A stretch of DNA of 64,000 nt from Syntrophales bacterium (GCA_963668175.1 OY764159.1:2176001-2240000), one strand, 5' to 3'. Counted from the first letter of the stretch, positions 9,460 through 21,425 are shown. The notes: generated by a model from the letters alone, not told the origin. Numbers and translations are program-made.

Positions 9460-12400
9460 TCAGGCGTTGTATTGGATCGGAATCCTGACGGTAAAGGTTG
9501 TTCCTGTCCCTGCCGTGCTGTCCACGGCAATGGTGCCGCGGTGCTTCTCGATGATGCTGTAGGCGACGTGCAATCCCAGGCCGGTTCCCTTGCCCACCTC
9601 CTTCGTGGTGAAGAAGGGGTCGAAGAGCTTCGGCAGATTTTCCGGCGGTATCCCCACGCCCGTGTCGGAAATCCCGATCTCGATGTATCCGCCGTCGGAC
9701 TTTGTCGAAATCCGGATTTCCCCTTTATCCGGGATCGCCTGGGCCGCGTTGACCAGGAGGTTCATGAAGACCTGGTTGAGCTGCTGCGGATATCCCAGAA
9801 TGCGGGGGATGTCGCCGTAATCCTTGCGCACGACCGCCTTGTACTTCAGCTCGTTCCAGACGATGTTGAGCGTCGATTCGATGTTTTCGTTGACGTTGAA
9901 AGCGGTCTCTTTTTCTTCGCCGGGGTGGGCGAAGTTCTTCAGGTCCTGGACGATGCGGGATATCCTCCCCGTTCCCTCCTGCGATTCGCCGATCAGAGCG
10001 ACGGCGTCCTCGTGGATGTCGTCTATTCTCACCCTGGCCTCGAATTCTTCGATCTGCCGCACCCGGTCGCCGATCGCCGCGGGAATGTCGTCTCCCGGGT
10101 TCATACCCCTCAGGGACGACAACAATGCCTTGTATTGGCCGCCGACGCCGATCATGTCCTTCACATACTCGGACAGCGTGTTCAGATTGCTGCTGACGAA
10201 GGCCGTCGGGTTGTTGATCTCGTGGGCCACACCCGCGGCGAGCTTGCCGATGGAGGCCATCTTTTCCGCCTGGAGCAGCTGGATATGGGACATCTTCTTG
10301 TCGGTTATGTCTTCGAAGATGGCGACGGTTTTATCGCCGGCGGTCTTCCCGGTCCGGCTGGACGTCACCTTGCAGACGATGTTTCTTCCGTCCCGGCGGA
10401 GGCAGTGGATTTCCGTTTCACTGCGGGGCGAGGATTCGCTTGCGGTCTCCGCGAGGAGCAGGCTCATCATGTCGCGGCATTCGTTCTTGTGCTGGCAGAA
10501 AATGTCGAGCGTGTTTCCGATAAGCTCCTCCGGCTTCCAGCCGAAGACGTCCTCCGCCGCGTCGTTGACGAAGAGGATGCGGTCGTTCTGAAGGCCGACC
10601 ACCACATGCGGGATGGCCGACATGATGGAGGATTCCAGCGCCTGTATCTCCTCAAGGCGGGTTTGCGATTCCTTGAGATCGGTCACATCCAGGGCATTGC
10701 CGAGGATGGCCGGGCGGCCTTCGTGGACGATGGGGGTGAGAATCTGGGAAATCCATCGGATCAGGTTCTCCCTGGTGACGATGCGGTACTCGTAGGCGGT
10801 CGTGCGCGTCCCGTTGAGCATTTCCCTTGCGTATGCAGCGCACATGGCCCTGTCCTCGGGATAAATCATGAAATCGGCGTCGCGGCCCCGGAGGTCCTCC
10901 ATGTAGCCCGTGTAGGCGATGGCGTGTTTGTTGATAAAGCGGAACTTGCCGTCCTGCACGATGAAGACCACCCCCACGGAGCTTTCCGTAAGAATCCGGT
11001 AGAGCATCTCGGAACGCTTGCGTTCGGTGATGTCGCGGACCGTCGATTGCAGGATCGTTTCCCCGCCGTACGCAAAAGAAGAGAGCAGGACCTCGGCATG
11101 AAATTCCTCGCCGCTTTGCCGCCGGTGGACCCAGTCGAACCGTTCATGCCCGTTGGCGTAGGCCGCCCGCATATGCGCCGACGCGGCTTCCCGGGAATCC
11201 CGCCCGTCGGGCTGCGTCGGGGGCGAAACGTCGTAAACGCTCATTTCGAGAAATTCGCCCCTCTCCCGGATGCCGAATATTTCCAGGGTGCGGTCGTTGC
11301 AGTCGATATACCTTTTCTCGTCATGGAGCATGATCGCATCGTTGGAGCCTTCGTAGATGGCGCGGAATCTTCCTTCGCTCTCCTTCAACTCGGCCGTGCG
11401 CTCCTGGATACGGTCCTCCAGCTCTTCGTTGGCGCGCTGCAGGTCCCGTCTCGCCTTGTCGCGTTCCCGCTCCCTCTCTTCCAGTTCTCCGGCCATATCG
11501 TCGAAGGAACGGGCCAGGCGGCCGAGTTCGTCGTCCGTATGGGGCAGCTCGGTCCGGGCGTTCAACTGGCCTTCGCCGATGCGGTTTGCCGCCGAGACCA
11601 GCGTCCGTACGGGATTCAGGATGGTGAAGCGGAACAGTAACAGGGCGGCAGCCACCGTGGCGCAGGCCAGGGAGGCCATGATCAGGAATTGCAGGGCCAT
11701 ATGGCGGTTGACCGCCTCGGACAAGGCGGCTTCGCTCGTGCCCACGGCGATGAAGCAATACGGGGGTCCGTTTTCCCGGAGGCTCAGGCGCTTGAATGCG
11801 TTGACGCGCCGGATGCCGTCGCTGCTCATCTGCCGGTAGACGCCCTGATCGGCCTTCCCGTTCATGACGGCCATGGCGTTTTCGGCCAGCGGCATGCCGG
11901 GCATGGCGTCTTTGTGCTCCGGCCAGCGGAACAGGCGCACCCCGCGGTGGTCGGCGATGGCAACGGCGGCATCCTTCGGCAGTTTCAACTGCTTGATGAA
12001 TTCTTCGTAGCCCCCGATCTTGAAGGCGACGATGACGACGGCCGACAGCTTCCCGTCCGCGTCGACGACGGGATAGGTGAAATTAAGGGACGGCGTTTTG
12101 GAGAGCCGGCCCACGACATACTCGCCGACGGAAAGATCGAGCGTCCTGAGGACGTCCCGGAAATGCTTCCTGTCCTTGAGATTGATGCTGCCCGGCGCGA
12201 AGGGCTGGGAGGCGGCGATCAGGATGCCGTCGGGGCGGGCGAGGCTGATGTTGGTGTATTGGGGGTTCTTGGCGATCAGCCTGGCGAAAAGCTCGTTGCA
12301 GGCCTTGACGTTCATCTTTTTGACCTCGGGGTATTCGGCGATGGTGTTGAGGATCTGCCGGATGGCCGCCGTATTCTCCTCCTGCTGGCTGGCCAGGGAC

Positions 12401-12564
12401 TGGGCTACGATCAGCATCTCCTTTTCCGCCGCCTCGATCCTGCTGTCGCGCTCGTGAAACCCCGCCAGCGCAATGATGACGAGCGCCGGCAGCAAAACGC
12501 ACAAAATCAGCAGGATGGCCTTCGTGCGGAGCCCCCAGTTGAATTTTCTTATCGGGTTGGCCAT
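9460..12564 (-). CDS. Sensor histidine kinase (dCache-HAMP-multiple PAS-HisKA-HATPase)
   Basis: Two TM segments flanking a Cache-like region, HAMP ([10 protein letters not shown]), PAS repeats, AHEINNP, NLLVNA, DTGVGI, GTGLGL. Confidence 0.92.
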   Translation of the reverse strand: MANPIRKFNWGLRTKAILLILCVLLPALVIIALAGFHERDSRIEAAEKEMLIVAQSLASQQEENTAAIRQILNTIAEYPEVKKMNVKACNELFARLIAKNPQYTNISLARPDGILIAASQPFAPGSINLKDRKHFRDVLRTLDLSVGEYVVGRLSKTPSLNFTYPVVDADGKLSAVVIVAFKIGGYEEFIKQLKLPKDAAVAIADHRGVRLFRWPEHKDAMPGMPLAENAMAVMNGKADQGVYRQMSSDGIRRVNAFKRLSLRENGPPYCFIAVGTSEAALSEAVNRHMALQFLIMASLACATVAAALLLFRFTILNPVRTLVSAANRIGEGQLNARTELPHTDDELGRLARSFDDMAGELEERERERDKARRDLQRANEELEDRIQERTAELKESEGRFRAIYEGSNDAIMLHDEKRYIDCNDRTLEIFGIRERGEFLEMSVYDVSPPTQPDGRDSREAASAHMRAAYANGHERFDWVHRRQSGEEFHAEVLLSSFAYGGETILQSTVRDITERKRSEMLYRILTESSVGVVFIVQDGKFRFINKHAIAYTGYMEDLRGRDADFMIYPEDRAMCAAYAREMLNGTRTTAYEYRIVTRENLIRWISQILTPIVHEGRPAILGNALDVTDLKESQTRLEEIQALESSIMSAIPHVVVGLQNDRILFVNDAAEDVFGWKPEELIGNTLDIFCQHKNECRDMMSLLLAETASESSPRSETEIHCLRRDGRNIVCKVTSSRTGKTAGDKTVAIFEDITDKKMSHIQLLQAEKMASIGKLAAGVAHEINNPTAFVSSNLNTLSEYVKDMIGVGGQYKALLSSLRGMNPGDDIPAAIGDRVRQIEEFEARVRIDDIHEDAVALIGESQEGTGRISRIVQDLKNFAHPGEEKETAFNVNENIESTLNIVWNELKYKAVVRKDYGDIPRILGYPQQLNQVFMNLLVNAAQAIPDKGEIRISTKSDGGYIEIGISDTGVGIPPENLPKLFDPFFTTKEVGKGTGLGLHVAYSIIEKHRGTIAVDSTAGTGTTFTVRIPIQYNA

Positions 12565-12729
12565 GGGTCGTCCTTTCGGGAAACGGTTGCTATCGGAACG
12601 GATGAATCTGCTTAATCAACGCCTGTGCGGTCTTTTCGAAATCGACGGATTGCCTTGTGCATGCGGATGATGACATTTTCCGGGTTATATTGAGCAGCTC
12701 CGATTGGAAGTTATCTTCGGAGTTAGAAC

Positions 12730-12745
12730 AGCAATATCCATGCCC
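12730..12745 (-). promoter_or_regulatory. Putative sigma-54 promoter upstream of the histidine kinase
   Basis: GGGCAT-GGATA-TTGCT. Confidence 0.6.
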
Positions 12746-12862
12746 TGTTCGCGCCATGTCCCGATAACAGAAAAAACCTATTCATATCTTGATGTTATCT
12801 AATCATGTGTCCGTGGCGCGCCGTGACCGGTCCTGACGGACAGGAGTCCTATTCTTCTGTGA

Positions 12863-12896
12863 CCGGAACATGTCCGGGAATCCGGACATATTCCGG
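12863..12896. promoter_or_regulatory. Long inverted repeat containing TGT-N12-ACA; candidate enhancer/operator
   Basis: CCGGAACATGTCCGG-GAAT-CCGGACATATTCCGG (14/15 arm match), about 120 bp upstream of the sigma-54 site. Confidence 0.5.
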
Positions 12897-13143
12897 GTGC
12901 GATGTGCATGCCCGGCATACGGTCCGCAGCATTCCGCATGCGGACTTCGAGAGAAGTGCGGGAGATAAGGCGTAAGAAGGCACGGCGATGCCGTTTGTCT
13001 CCGATAGTCAAGCGGCGCATCGCGGGCTTTCGCCGCTTTTCCTGACATTATCTTTACGGTTTCCCTTTCGACTTTTACACCTTTTTGACGGTTGCCGGCT
13101 TATATTATAAGCGGATGAAAGAATCCGGAAAGGCGGTGCGGCG

Positions 13144-14103
13144 ATGGACGGCGAAAAGCAGGAAAGCAAACCGGCGAATAGCGCTTCCAGGCGAAGGAGA
13201 TGGGGCGTTGCCCTGGGGCTGGCGTTTTGTATCGTATTGGCGGCATTGCTGTATTGGTACGGTCCGGCGTTCTTCGGGCCGGGCGGCCGATCCGGGAGCG
13301 TCTTTGCCGTCTCGGCGAAGAAGGCGGAAATCGTGCCCCGGATGCGGACGAACCTGCTCAAATCGGTCGAATACGAGAAAAGCGCCGTCATGGCCGTCAC
13401 CGACGAGGAATCGAAGGCCTTTGCGGACCTGTCGAAGAAGTCGGCGGACGACGTAGATCGGGATTTCCGCGAACTGAGGGCGCTCGTCGGCCGGGAGGGA
13501 ACGGACCGGGAGCAGAAGCTTTTGGGCGATTTCGACGCCTGCTGGCAGCATTTCAGGAAGATCGACGAGGTGCTTTTGCCTCTCTCCGTCGAGAACACGA
13601 ACCTGAAAGCGGCAAGCCTGTCGCAGACGAAGGGGTTCGCGGCGGCCCAAAAATTCGGCAGGGCGCTTGCCAAGGCGATAGGTGCCGGCGGCATGCCGGA
13701 CCGGGCGGATGCCCGGGCGGCAAGGCTTGCCTACCGGGCCCTCAATGCCGTCTTCACGATCTACAGCCTCCAGGGACCGCACATCAGCGAGGCGGAGGAC
13801 AGGAAGATGGACGAGATGGAGGCGGTCATGAGAGCGAACGCCGCAGAAGCGAAGCGGTCGCTTGCCGCCCTTGCGGCGCTTGTCGGCAGGGAGGGGAAGG
13901 CTTCCCTCGAAGAGGCCGACGCGGCCTTCGCGGATTTCATGGCCGTGCATGCGGAGGTGGTCAGGCTGTCGCGTGTGAACAGCAACGTCAAGTCGCTGGA
14001 GCTCTCCCTGGGTGAGAAGCGCAAGGTGACCGCCCAGTGCGACGACATCCTGAACGCGCTGCAGGAGGCCATATGGAACAGGGCTTCCAGGGCCACCCGG
14101 TAG
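13144..14103 (+). CDS. Membrane-anchored protein with two four-helix-bundle (MCP sensor-like) modules and no signalling domain
   Basis: One N-terminal TM; internally repeated helical module (LS-x-xN-x-N-x-K-x3-LS). Confidence 0.65.
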   Translation: MDGEKQESKPANSASRRRRWGVALGLAFCIVLAALLYWYGPAFFGPGGRSGSVFAVSAKKAEIVPRMRTNLLKSVEYEKSAVMAVTDEESKAFADLSKKSADDVDRDFRELRALVGREGTDREQKLLGDFDACWQHFRKIDEVLLPLSVENTNLKAASLSQTKGFAAAQKFGRALAKAIGAGGMPDRADARAARLAYRALNAVFTIYSLQGPHISEAEDRKMDEMEAVMRANAAEAKRSLAALAALVGREGKASLEEADAAFADFMAVHAEVVRLSRVNSNVKSLELSLGEKRKVTAQCDDILNALQEAIWNRASRATR

Positions 14104-14112
14104 CGTCTGCCG

Positions 14113-16128
14113 CTACTTCTTCTTGACGAATCCCAGCTTGAACGAGAATCTCCCGGCCGGGCCCGCGGCGTTGAGCTTGTCGGCGTCGTAGGTCTCCCCG
14201 GGATGCAGGCACCAGCGCTGCGAGTACGAGAACGCGGCGAGCTTCGCCTTCAGGGCGTCGCCCGTGATCTCATACTGGTACGACATCAGGCCGCTCTCCT
14301 TGCCGCCGTTCAGGTAGAAGGGGTTCTTGTACGCCAGGGGGACGTCCTTGAGCGTATAGGTATAGCTGAAGCTGTCGCGTTTATCGGGCAGGTCCCAGCA
14401 CTCGCTCGCGTAGGCGACCGGCTTCCCCTTCCATTCGAGATGCACGGTGATTTCCCTGATCGCCGCGCCCGCCGGGTCGATGCTCCCCGTCGCGGTCAGC
14501 TTGTAGTCCCCCGGCCACCAGTCGCTGCCGTACGGCATGGGGAACGAGGCCATGTACGGGAAGTTCGTGCGGTGCGACGCATCCAGGTGCGCCGTGCCCG
14601 AGAATGCGAATTTTACGCCCTCCCAGGTCAGCTTGGCGTTTTGGAAGACGTCGGTCATGGCGTTGATCTTCGCAATGGGTGCATCCGGTCTCGTCAGTTT
14701 CGGATCGAGGAATTTCGGCGAGACCTCGGCGCTGAAGTTGATCATGACGCCCTCGGCCCCGGCGGGCGTGTCGGCGCCGGGACGTTCGGCCTTCGCGTCC
14801 TTCTGGGCCGGGGATGCGACGGACGTTTCGACCGCCGCGTACTGGAGGTCGGGAACGGACGACGAAGCGACGGCCTCCATCTTCAGGACGCACGTCGGGC
14901 CTTCCGCCTTAAGCTTCCACTCCTTCGTTTGGGCGGCGCCCCCGGCGGGGATTGTGCCGAGCTGCTGGACGGGGCTTTCGGAAACGATGGCGCATCCCGT
15001 CGGGACGAGCTGCGCTTCCGCCTGGCTCATGGTGCCGTTTCCGCGGTTCCGGACCGTGCCCCTGGCGACGATAAAACCGTCCTTCCCGGCCGCCTCTATT
15101 GTCGGATCCAGGGCGGAAAAGGACGCCCGCCACATGGTGTAGACGGCCAGGATCGCGCGGTTGACCATCGGCTGGGGATCGTCGAAATACTTCGTCAGAT
15201 CGGCCCGGCACGCCGCCGCCGCCGCTTTCGCCTGATCGGCCGCCTGCGCGCCCTGGACGTCCGCGGCGCCCTTCCAGGCCGGCTTCCCGTTCTTCCAGCC
15301 GCCGTCGAAGCCGTTAAGGTTGTAGGGGCCGGGGTTGATGGTCACCTCCCAGGCTATATGGCTGGGGGTCTGGGTATGGAGGCCCGCGTCGCCGTTGTAG
15401 TACCACGGGTCGAACCAGTCCACGCCCGCGGCGAAGAATCGGTCGATCTCCGTCCGGAAGTCGTTGCTCAGGAATTTGACGGGCGTCAGGTAGCCGAGCT
15501 TGACGGAGCCCTTGACGTCGTCGTCGAGATATACGTGGCCCTCGTACTTGGTCCCCTTGTAATGCTCGAGCTGCTGCGCCAGGATTTTCTTCGCCGTCTC
15601 CAGGGTGGCGCCGTTGACGTGGTAGGGGCAGTGCATATCCGCGAGGAAGTGTGCGCTCCAGGCCCCCGCCTTCGGCAGGACCTCCTTCTTCCCGGTCAGC
15701 ATGCCCTCGGCCAGATAGCGGTAATGTCGCCGGACCGCGTCCGGCCCTCCGCCTTCGCCGGTTTTCGGGTTGTAGTAGTGCCACGAGAAGGGCGAATTCC
15801 CCTTGGCGTCGGGCCCGGGTCCGTCGAGGAGGCTGATGTCGGGCAATATGCCGTAGCCCGCGCCCGTGTACTGGGCCGTGCCCCAATAGACGCCTTCGTG
15901 CTTCATCATGTCGTCGAGCGTGGGAAATTTCCTCGGATCGAAGGCGGGGTCGGCCTGCAGGAGCCGGTAGGCCTCCTTCATGATGTGCTGGTGCGTGGTG
16001 GCCGGCGCGAGGACGCCCCAGGCGTGGGCCCTGCCGGACGTAAAAGGCAAGGCGAGCCATACCGCAAGAAGGAGTACAAGACAGGGGTATCCCCGGCGAA
16101 TCCGCATAAGGCTTCTCGTCGTCGTCAT
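14113..16128 (-). CDS. Secreted protein with N-terminal Zn-dependent phospholipase C/P1-nuclease-like domain plus unknown beta-rich domains
   Basis: AHA-W predicted mature N-terminal Trp, THQH, WHYY, HFLADMHCPYH, HIAWE metal-ligand pattern. Confidence 0.6.
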   Translation of the reverse strand: MTTTRSLMRIRRGYPCLVLLLAVWLALPFTSGRAHAWGVLAPATTHQHIMKEAYRLLQADPAFDPRKFPTLDDMMKHEGVYWGTAQYTGAGYGILPDISLLDGPGPDAKGNSPFSWHYYNPKTGEGGGPDAVRRHYRYLAEGMLTGKKEVLPKAGAWSAHFLADMHCPYHVNGATLETAKKILAQQLEHYKGTKYEGHVYLDDDVKGSVKLGYLTPVKFLSNDFRTEIDRFFAAGVDWFDPWYYNGDAGLHTQTPSHIAWEVTINPGPYNLNGFDGGWKNGKPAWKGAADVQGAQAADQAKAAAAACRADLTKYFDDPQPMVNRAILAVYTMWRASFSALDPTIEAAGKDGFIVARGTVRNRGNGTMSQAEAQLVPTGCAIVSESPVQQLGTIPAGGAAQTKEWKLKAEGPTCVLKMEAVASSSVPDLQYAAVETSVASPAQKDAKAERPGADTPAGAEGVMINFSAEVSPKFLDPKLTRPDAPIAKINAMTDVFQNAKLTWEGVKFAFSGTAHLDASHRTNFPYMASFPMPYGSDWWPGDYKLTATGSIDPAGAAIREITVHLEWKGKPVAYASECWDLPDKRDSFSYTYTLKDVPLAYKNPFYLNGGKESGLMSYQYEITGDALKAKLAAFSYSQRWCLHPGETYDADKLNAAGPAGRFSFKLGFVKKK

Positions 16129-16196
16129 GCGTCAAGACCTCTCGACCGTTTATTGGTTTTCGATGCCGTGAATATAGGGCAGGGGGCTTTCCCCTG

Positions 16197-18731
16197 TCAA
16201 AGGATATTTGGCGTCTCTCGCGAAAGCGTTCCCGGATGGACGATCTCTTTTACCGCCAGGGCAAGGTCTTTCAGGGAAACGGGTTTCATGAGCAGTCTGC
16301 GGACGCCGATTCTCCGGATTTCCTCGTCGTTGAGCCGGTGGCTGAAGCCTGTGGTCAGGATGATCGGCGTTTCGGGGCGGATTTTCAGGATTTCCCGCGA
16401 CAGGGTGGTGCCCGTCATGTGCGGCATCGTCATGTCGGTGATCACGAGATCGAACCGATCCGGATGCGTCCGGAAGGCTTCCAGGGCGTCGCCGCCGCTC
16501 AGGCGGACGGTGACGTCGTAGCCCAGGGAGGAGAGCATATCCCTGCCGAGAAAGGCGATGGGCTCCTCGTCGTCGACGTAGAGGATGCGGCCGGCTCCCC
16601 GGGGGAGGACCGCCGGCTCTCTTCCTTTCAGGCGTTCGGCGGCGTCGATCAAAGGCAGGTAAACGGTGAAGACGGCTCCGCCGCCCGGTTCGCTTTCCAC
16701 ACAGACGGACCCGCCGTGGTCCTTCACGATGCCGTAAACGACGGACAGCCCGAGCCCCGTTCCCTCGCCCGCCGCCTTGGTCGTGAAGAACGGGTCGAAA
16801 ATATTGTCCCGGATGGCCGGATCGATCCCTTCGCCGGTGTCGGTCACGGAGAGCTGCAGATAAGCGCCGGGCTCCGTTTCCGGACTGCACGCCGGATCGT
16901 CGGGGGTCAGCATGTGCCGGGAAAGATGCACGGCGAGGACGCCCGATTCGTTTTCCCGCATGGCGTGGACCGCGTTGGTGCAGAGGTTCATCAGTATCTG
17001 GTGGATCTGGGTGGGGTCGGCCAGGACGGTATCGTGCGGGGCGTCGAACGCTGTTTCGATATCGACGGTCGTGGGAATGGAGGAACGCAGCAGCTTCAGC
17101 GCCTCTTTGACGATCGGCGTCACGGCCACCGGAATCTTCTCCTTTTCCCGCTGGCGGCTGAAGGTGAGAATCTGCGTGACCAGGTCCCGGGAGCGGTTGC
17201 AGGCGTTGAGGATCTGATCCATATAGGGATGGACCTTGTCGTCCGACGTCCTGAATTTCGCCAGCTCCGCGTAACCCATCATGGCCGAAAGGATGTTGTT
17301 GAAATCGTGCGCGATGCCTCCCGCCAGGGTGCCGATGGCCTCCATCTTCTGCGCCTGGCGCAGATGCGTTTCGAGCCTGACCGCCTCCGTGACGTCCCTC
17401 TTCAGCGACACATAGCCCACGAGTTTGCCGGACGCCGTGAGGAGCGGGCTGATGGTCGCGTCCTCCTGATAGAGGGTGCCGTCCTTGCGGCGGTTCGTGA
17501 AGCGCCCGGTCCAGACCTTGCCCTCCTTGATCGTATTCCAGAGATTTTCGTAGAACGCCGGTCCGTGGACGCCGCTCTTGAGCAGCCTGGGCGTCCTGCC
17601 TATCGCGTCCTCGGCGGCGTATCCCGTGATCTTTTCGAAGGCCGGATTGACGTATTGGATGACGCCCTCCCGGTCGGTGACGATGATGTTTTCGGCGGCC
17701 TGTTCTACGGCGATGCTCAGACGCACCAGGTCTTCCTCCGCTTTCCGGCGGTCGGTAATGTCCAGCGCCGTCCCGATGAGGGCGGGCTTCCCCTTGTATT
17801 GGGTCAGGGACCCGTAGATTTCGACGTTTTTGACCTTGCCGTCCCTGGTCCGGGCGCGGAATTCGTAGCGCCGGGCTTTCTCTTCCCCTTGCAGCCGCTT
17901 GCGGTTGTTCTCTTCCACCAGCGGCAGGTCTTCCGGATGGATGATGGCCGAAAGAGGCAGGCGGTCCACGATCTCTTCGGGCGTATAGCCCAGCGTCTCG
18001 GCGAATTCCGAATTGACATACCTGAAGAGGCCGTCCTGGTACAGGTAGATGCCCACCATCGACTTTTCCGCCAGGTCGCGGAATTTTCCCTCCGACTCCT
18101 TCAGGGCTTCCTCCGCCTTCTTGCGTTCCGTGACGTCCAGAAGGACGCCGTGATGAAGGATGCGCCCTTCTTCCCGTTGCGGCGTCGATATCCCGTGGAA
18201 CCACAGCAACTCGCCGCCGGGTTTGACGAAGCGGCCCTCGAACCGCCATGGGCGGCCTTTGGCTGCGGCATCCTGGAGCGAGTCCCGGAAGCGGTTGCGG
18301 TCGTCGTCGGCAATCCGCTCCGTGAAGGAGGCGAGGAACGACCCGGGATCGACGGGCAGCGCGAACATGTCCGGTGACTTTTCGCTCACGTAGGTCATGC
18401 CGTATGCCCCGTCATTCGAGACGTACATCTGAAATATGACGCCCGGCACGTTCTTGGCGATGTTCTGCAGGAAGGCTTCACGAGCCTGGAGGGTCCGGTT
18501 GATCTCCATCAGCCGGTTCAAATATCTCCGGATGAGGATATAGAGGAGGGACGACGTGACGACGATGAAGAGAAAGCCCTTGACGATGGCGATCTCGGTC
18601 ATGACGGCGGGGTCCTGGACGAGCCAGCCGAGGATGGTGTCGGAGAAGTATATCCACAGCCCGCTGACAAGGGCATAGATGCCCACGATCTTCAATATGG
18701 TGAATTCGTTTGCGTTATGCCGGCCGTTCAT
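16197..18731 (-). CDS. Hybrid PAS sensor histidine kinase/response regulator
   Basis: 2 TM, 3 PAS, AHDFNN, NLCTNA, GTGLGL, C-terminal receiver (VDDE...TDMTMP...KP). Confidence 0.92.
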   Translation of the reverse strand: MNGRHNANEFTILKIVGIYALVSGLWIYFSDTILGWLVQDPAVMTEIAIVKGFLFIVVTSSLLYILIRRYLNRLMEINRTLQAREAFLQNIAKNVPGVIFQMYVSNDGAYGMTYVSEKSPDMFALPVDPGSFLASFTERIADDDRNRFRDSLQDAAAKGRPWRFEGRFVKPGGELLWFHGISTPQREEGRILHHGVLLDVTERKKAEEALKESEGKFRDLAEKSMVGIYLYQDGLFRYVNSEFAETLGYTPEEIVDRLPLSAIIHPEDLPLVEENNRKRLQGEEKARRYEFRARTRDGKVKNVEIYGSLTQYKGKPALIGTALDITDRRKAEEDLVRLSIAVEQAAENIIVTDREGVIQYVNPAFEKITGYAAEDAIGRTPRLLKSGVHGPAFYENLWNTIKEGKVWTGRFTNRRKDGTLYQEDATISPLLTASGKLVGYVSLKRDVTEAVRLETHLRQAQKMEAIGTLAGGIAHDFNNILSAMMGYAELAKFRTSDDKVHPYMDQILNACNRSRDLVTQILTFSRQREKEKIPVAVTPIVKEALKLLRSSIPTTVDIETAFDAPHDTVLADPTQIHQILMNLCTNAVHAMRENESGVLAVHLSRHMLTPDDPACSPETEPGAYLQLSVTDTGEGIDPAIRDNIFDPFFTTKAAGEGTGLGLSVVYGIVKDHGGSVCVESEPGGGAVFTVYLPLIDAAERLKGREPAVLPRGAGRILYVDDEEPIAFLGRDMLSSLGYDVTVRLSGGDALEAFRTHPDRFDLVITDMTMPHMTGTTLSREILKIRPETPIILTTGFSHRLNDEEIRRIGVRRLLMKPVSLKDLALAVKEIVHPGTLSRETPNIL

Positions 18732-18869
18732 GGCGATTCTTTCGATGTTCCCTGAAATCCGCAACAATGCCGGTAGGGGTTGGGTTTATCCGCGGGATGC
18801 TCCGCACGACACTTCTCCTCCGGACCGCTGGTTTTGCCGTATGCATCGCCGAGCCGTCTTACTTGATCA

Positions 18870-18885
18870 ACCAATAATCGTGCCA
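18870..18885 (-). promoter_or_regulatory. Possible sigma-54 promoter (variant -12)
   Basis: TGGCAC-GATTA-TTGGT upstream of the hybrid kinase. Confidence 0.45.
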
Positions 18886-19081
18886 GGGACGGTACGGGAA
18901 GGGTATGAACGGATAAATGCTTAATAATCGGATGCTTGCATGAGTGTAAAGGGCGGTCCGGGCCCGCGCGGAATCCATCGGCGCCGGATTCCGCGTCCGT
19001 TCAGCCCGGGATGTATCCGGGACGGCGGGAGAGGCGGGGCGGGCGGCCGGACTCTGCCGGTAAGGCTCCGGTTCGACCGGG

Positions 19082-19657
19082 CTAGATATTGATTTCCCTG
19101 ATGTGGATTTCCATGCGGTCGGCGATGTCCACGATGGAGGATTCGTATTTGACGGGATAGCCGAGGGAGGCGAAGACCCGCTTCATCCCTTCGTTCCGGT
19201 AATCGAAGGCGATTTCCATGACGGCAATCCCCTTGGTCCTGGCGACGGCGACGACTTTCGCGGCCATGAGGGACCCCAGGCCCTTCCTCTGCCAGTCGTC
19301 ACGGAGCGTGACCGTCAACTCGGCGCGGTCCGTGCCCTCCGTGACGATGTAGCGGCAGGTGCCGACAATGGCTTCCTCTCCGCCTTCCGTCACGACGGCG
19401 GCGAGGCCGAAGTGGGTGACATAGTCGATCTCCACGAGATTTTTGAGCATTTCGGGACGCAGATGTTCCAGGTGGGTCAGGAAGCGGAAATAGATGGTCT
19501 CGGGCGAGAGCCTCCGGAAGAGATCGAGGATGAGCGGGCCGTCGGACGGTTTGATCGGCCGCAGGAAGACCCGTGAGCCGTCTTTCAGGACGATCCGTTC
19601 CTCATGTTCGGCGGGATAGGGATGGCCGGTCTGCGTGGGCTGCATTTCGGCGGACAC
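19082..19657 (-). CDS. GNAT family N-acetyltransferase (resembles the GNAT domain of Pat-type proteins); start 19657 or 19645
   Basis: LRPIKPSD...LSPETIYFRF...DDWQRKGLG. Confidence 0.85.
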   Translation of the reverse strand: MSAEMQPTQTGHPYPAEHEERIVLKDGSRVFLRPIKPSDGPLILDLFRRLSPETIYFRFLTHLEHLRPEMLKNLVEIDYVTHFGLAAVVTEGGEEAIVGTCRYIVTEGTDRAELTVTLRDDWQRKGLGSLMAAKVVAVARTKGIAVMEIAFDYRNEGMKRVFASLGYPVKYESSIVDIADRMEIHIREINI

Positions 19658-19812
19658 TCCTGCAACGTTCGGCGGCGTATCTTAAGAAGCCAACCAATCC
19701 TTCATGTTCGAAATACAATCAGGTCGAGGGCGAGAAAGAAGTATCTGATCGGACGAAATGCCGTTGGGATGATTGATATGATGATAAACAAAAACGTCAG
19801 CGTCGTCAATTC

Positions 19813-20820
19813 TTATGGACCGGCCCTGTAAGCCACGGGCGGACCGATTTTTACCATTTCTTCTTTGGCAAGGCGTATGGCCTCGTCTATCTGCATCTGC
19901 GTCATGGACTTCGAGTTTATCTTCATGCCTTCCTGCGCATTCTTGTCTCCTGATTGCGCGGCGATATAGAACCACTTATATCCCTGCACATCGTCCTGCT
20001 TGACGCCTGCGCCTTTGGCATAGCATATCCCCAGCATGACCTGCGCGTTCGTAACGCCTTTCAGCGCCGCCTTACGATACCACTCGGCCGCTTTTTTCTC
20101 ATCGCGCTCGACGCCTTGGCCGTCGTAATATTTTCCGGCGAGGTTAAACATCGCTATGGCATCGCCTTGATCTGCCGCCTTTCGATACCACCCGACGGCC
20201 TGGTCGTGATCCTCCGGCACGCCGCGGCCTTTAGAGTACATCATGCCAAGGTTGTTCTGGGCGCCTGCATGGCCTTGATTCGCCGCCTTCCGATACCATT
20301 TCACCGCCTCCAGGTCATCCCGTGGGACGCCTAGGCCTTCAGCAAAACATATCCCGAGATTATACTGGGCATCGGCAAAGTTCTGCTCTGCCGCCTTTCT
20401 GAACCACGCCACACCCTCTTTGGGATCGGCCGGCACACCTCGACCCTTGACATAGGACACGCCAAGGTCGTACTGGGCCTTGGCATTGCCCTGCTCCGCC
20501 GCCTTGCGGAACCACTTGATGGCCTCTTCGTAATTGACCGGTGTGCCCAGGCCCTGCGCATGCAGGGCGCCCAGAAAATGTTGTGCATCGGCATCGCCCT
20601 TCTCGGCCAGCGGCAGCAACTCCCTGCGAGCAGCATCGTAGTCTCTCTTTTCCAGCATGGACATGTAGCCGGGCTTCTGCGGCTGATCCGTTTTTGGAGC
20701 GGTGCCCTGAACCGACTGTTGGCTATCGCATGATGAACAGAACAAAATGACCAGGATCGTGAGGGCGAAGAACGGGGCGTGAGTTATTCCGCGATGTCGT
20801 GAACGTGCAGGTTTATGCAT
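19813..20820 (-). CDS. Sel1-like repeat protein, probable lipoprotein
   Basis: About six AQxxLGxxYxxGxGVxxDxxxAxxWxxKAAxQG repeats; FCSSC lipobox-like segment. Confidence 0.9.
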   Translation of the reverse strand: MHKPARSRHRGITHAPFFALTILVILFCSSCDSQQSVQGTAPKTDQPQKPGYMSMLEKRDYDAARRELLPLAEKGDADAQHFLGALHAQGLGTPVNYEEAIKWFRKAAEQGNAKAQYDLGVSYVKGRGVPADPKEGVAWFRKAAEQNFADAQYNLGICFAEGLGVPRDDLEAVKWYRKAANQGHAGAQNNLGMMYSKGRGVPEDHDQAVGWYRKAADQGDAIAMFNLAGKYYDGQGVERDEKKAAEWYRKAALKGVTNAQVMLGICYAKGAGVKQDDVQGYKWFYIAAQSGDKNAQEGMKINSKSMTQMQIDEAIRLAKEEMVKIGPPVAYRAGP

Positions 20821-20918
20821 GGTCTCGTCTCTTTCTTTGGGAAATATTCAGGGAATCCATATACAATCACGGAACGCACTGCCGGTGCGTCATCGTTTTT
20901 TCCTGCGCGTCTCCCGCC

Positions 20919-21425
20919 TCAAAGCCAGCGGCGGACGCGCGCCTTGTAGCGGAGGTATTCCTCGCCGAACCTCCGTTCCAGGTAACGTTCCTCGCCCGCG
21001 ATGACATAGAAGTTGATAATCGCGACGGCGGCGGGAAGCAGGACCAGCGCCCAGAAGATATCGAACCAGAGGGCGAACGCGGCGTGGAGAAGGGCGAGGC
21101 TCACGTACATGGGGTTGCGGGTGAAGCGGTACGGCCCGTCGGTGGCGAGGGCGGTTGTCGGCCGGATGGGAAGCGCGCTGGTGCCGCGGCGGCCGAACGC
21201 GGCAAAGCTCGATGCGGCAAGCAACGCCGCCACGCCTGCGCAGAGACCTGCCACGATCCGTGCCGCCGCCTCCGGAAGCACATGGACCGGAATCCATTTC
21301 TGCATGACGAAGCCCGCGGCGAAAACAGCCATGTAGATCAACGGCGGCGGTATCCGCGCGCGTCCGTGATAAGCGCTGTCGCCTGTGTCGGCTGAGCTAT
21401 TATTCCGTGAATCGCTGCTTTCCAT
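20919..21425 (-). CDS. Isoprenylcysteine carboxyl methyltransferase (PEMT/ICMT) family membrane protein
   Basis: GPYRFTRNPMY, EERYL, YKARVRRW. Confidence 0.9.
   Translation of the reverse strand: MESSDSRNNSSADTGDSAYHGRARIPPPLIYMAVFAAGFVMQKWIPVHVLPEAAARIVAGLCAGVAALLAASSFAAFGRRGTSALPIRPTTALATDGPYRFTRNPMYVSLALLHAAFALWFDIFWALVLLPAAVAIINFYVIAGEERYLERRFGEEYLRYKARVRRWL

Noticed and set aside
9451..18377. Long plus-strand ORFs (9451-11640, 14203-16521, 16236-18377)
   Set aside because: Antisense shadows of well-supported minus-strand genes, expected in high-GC DNA
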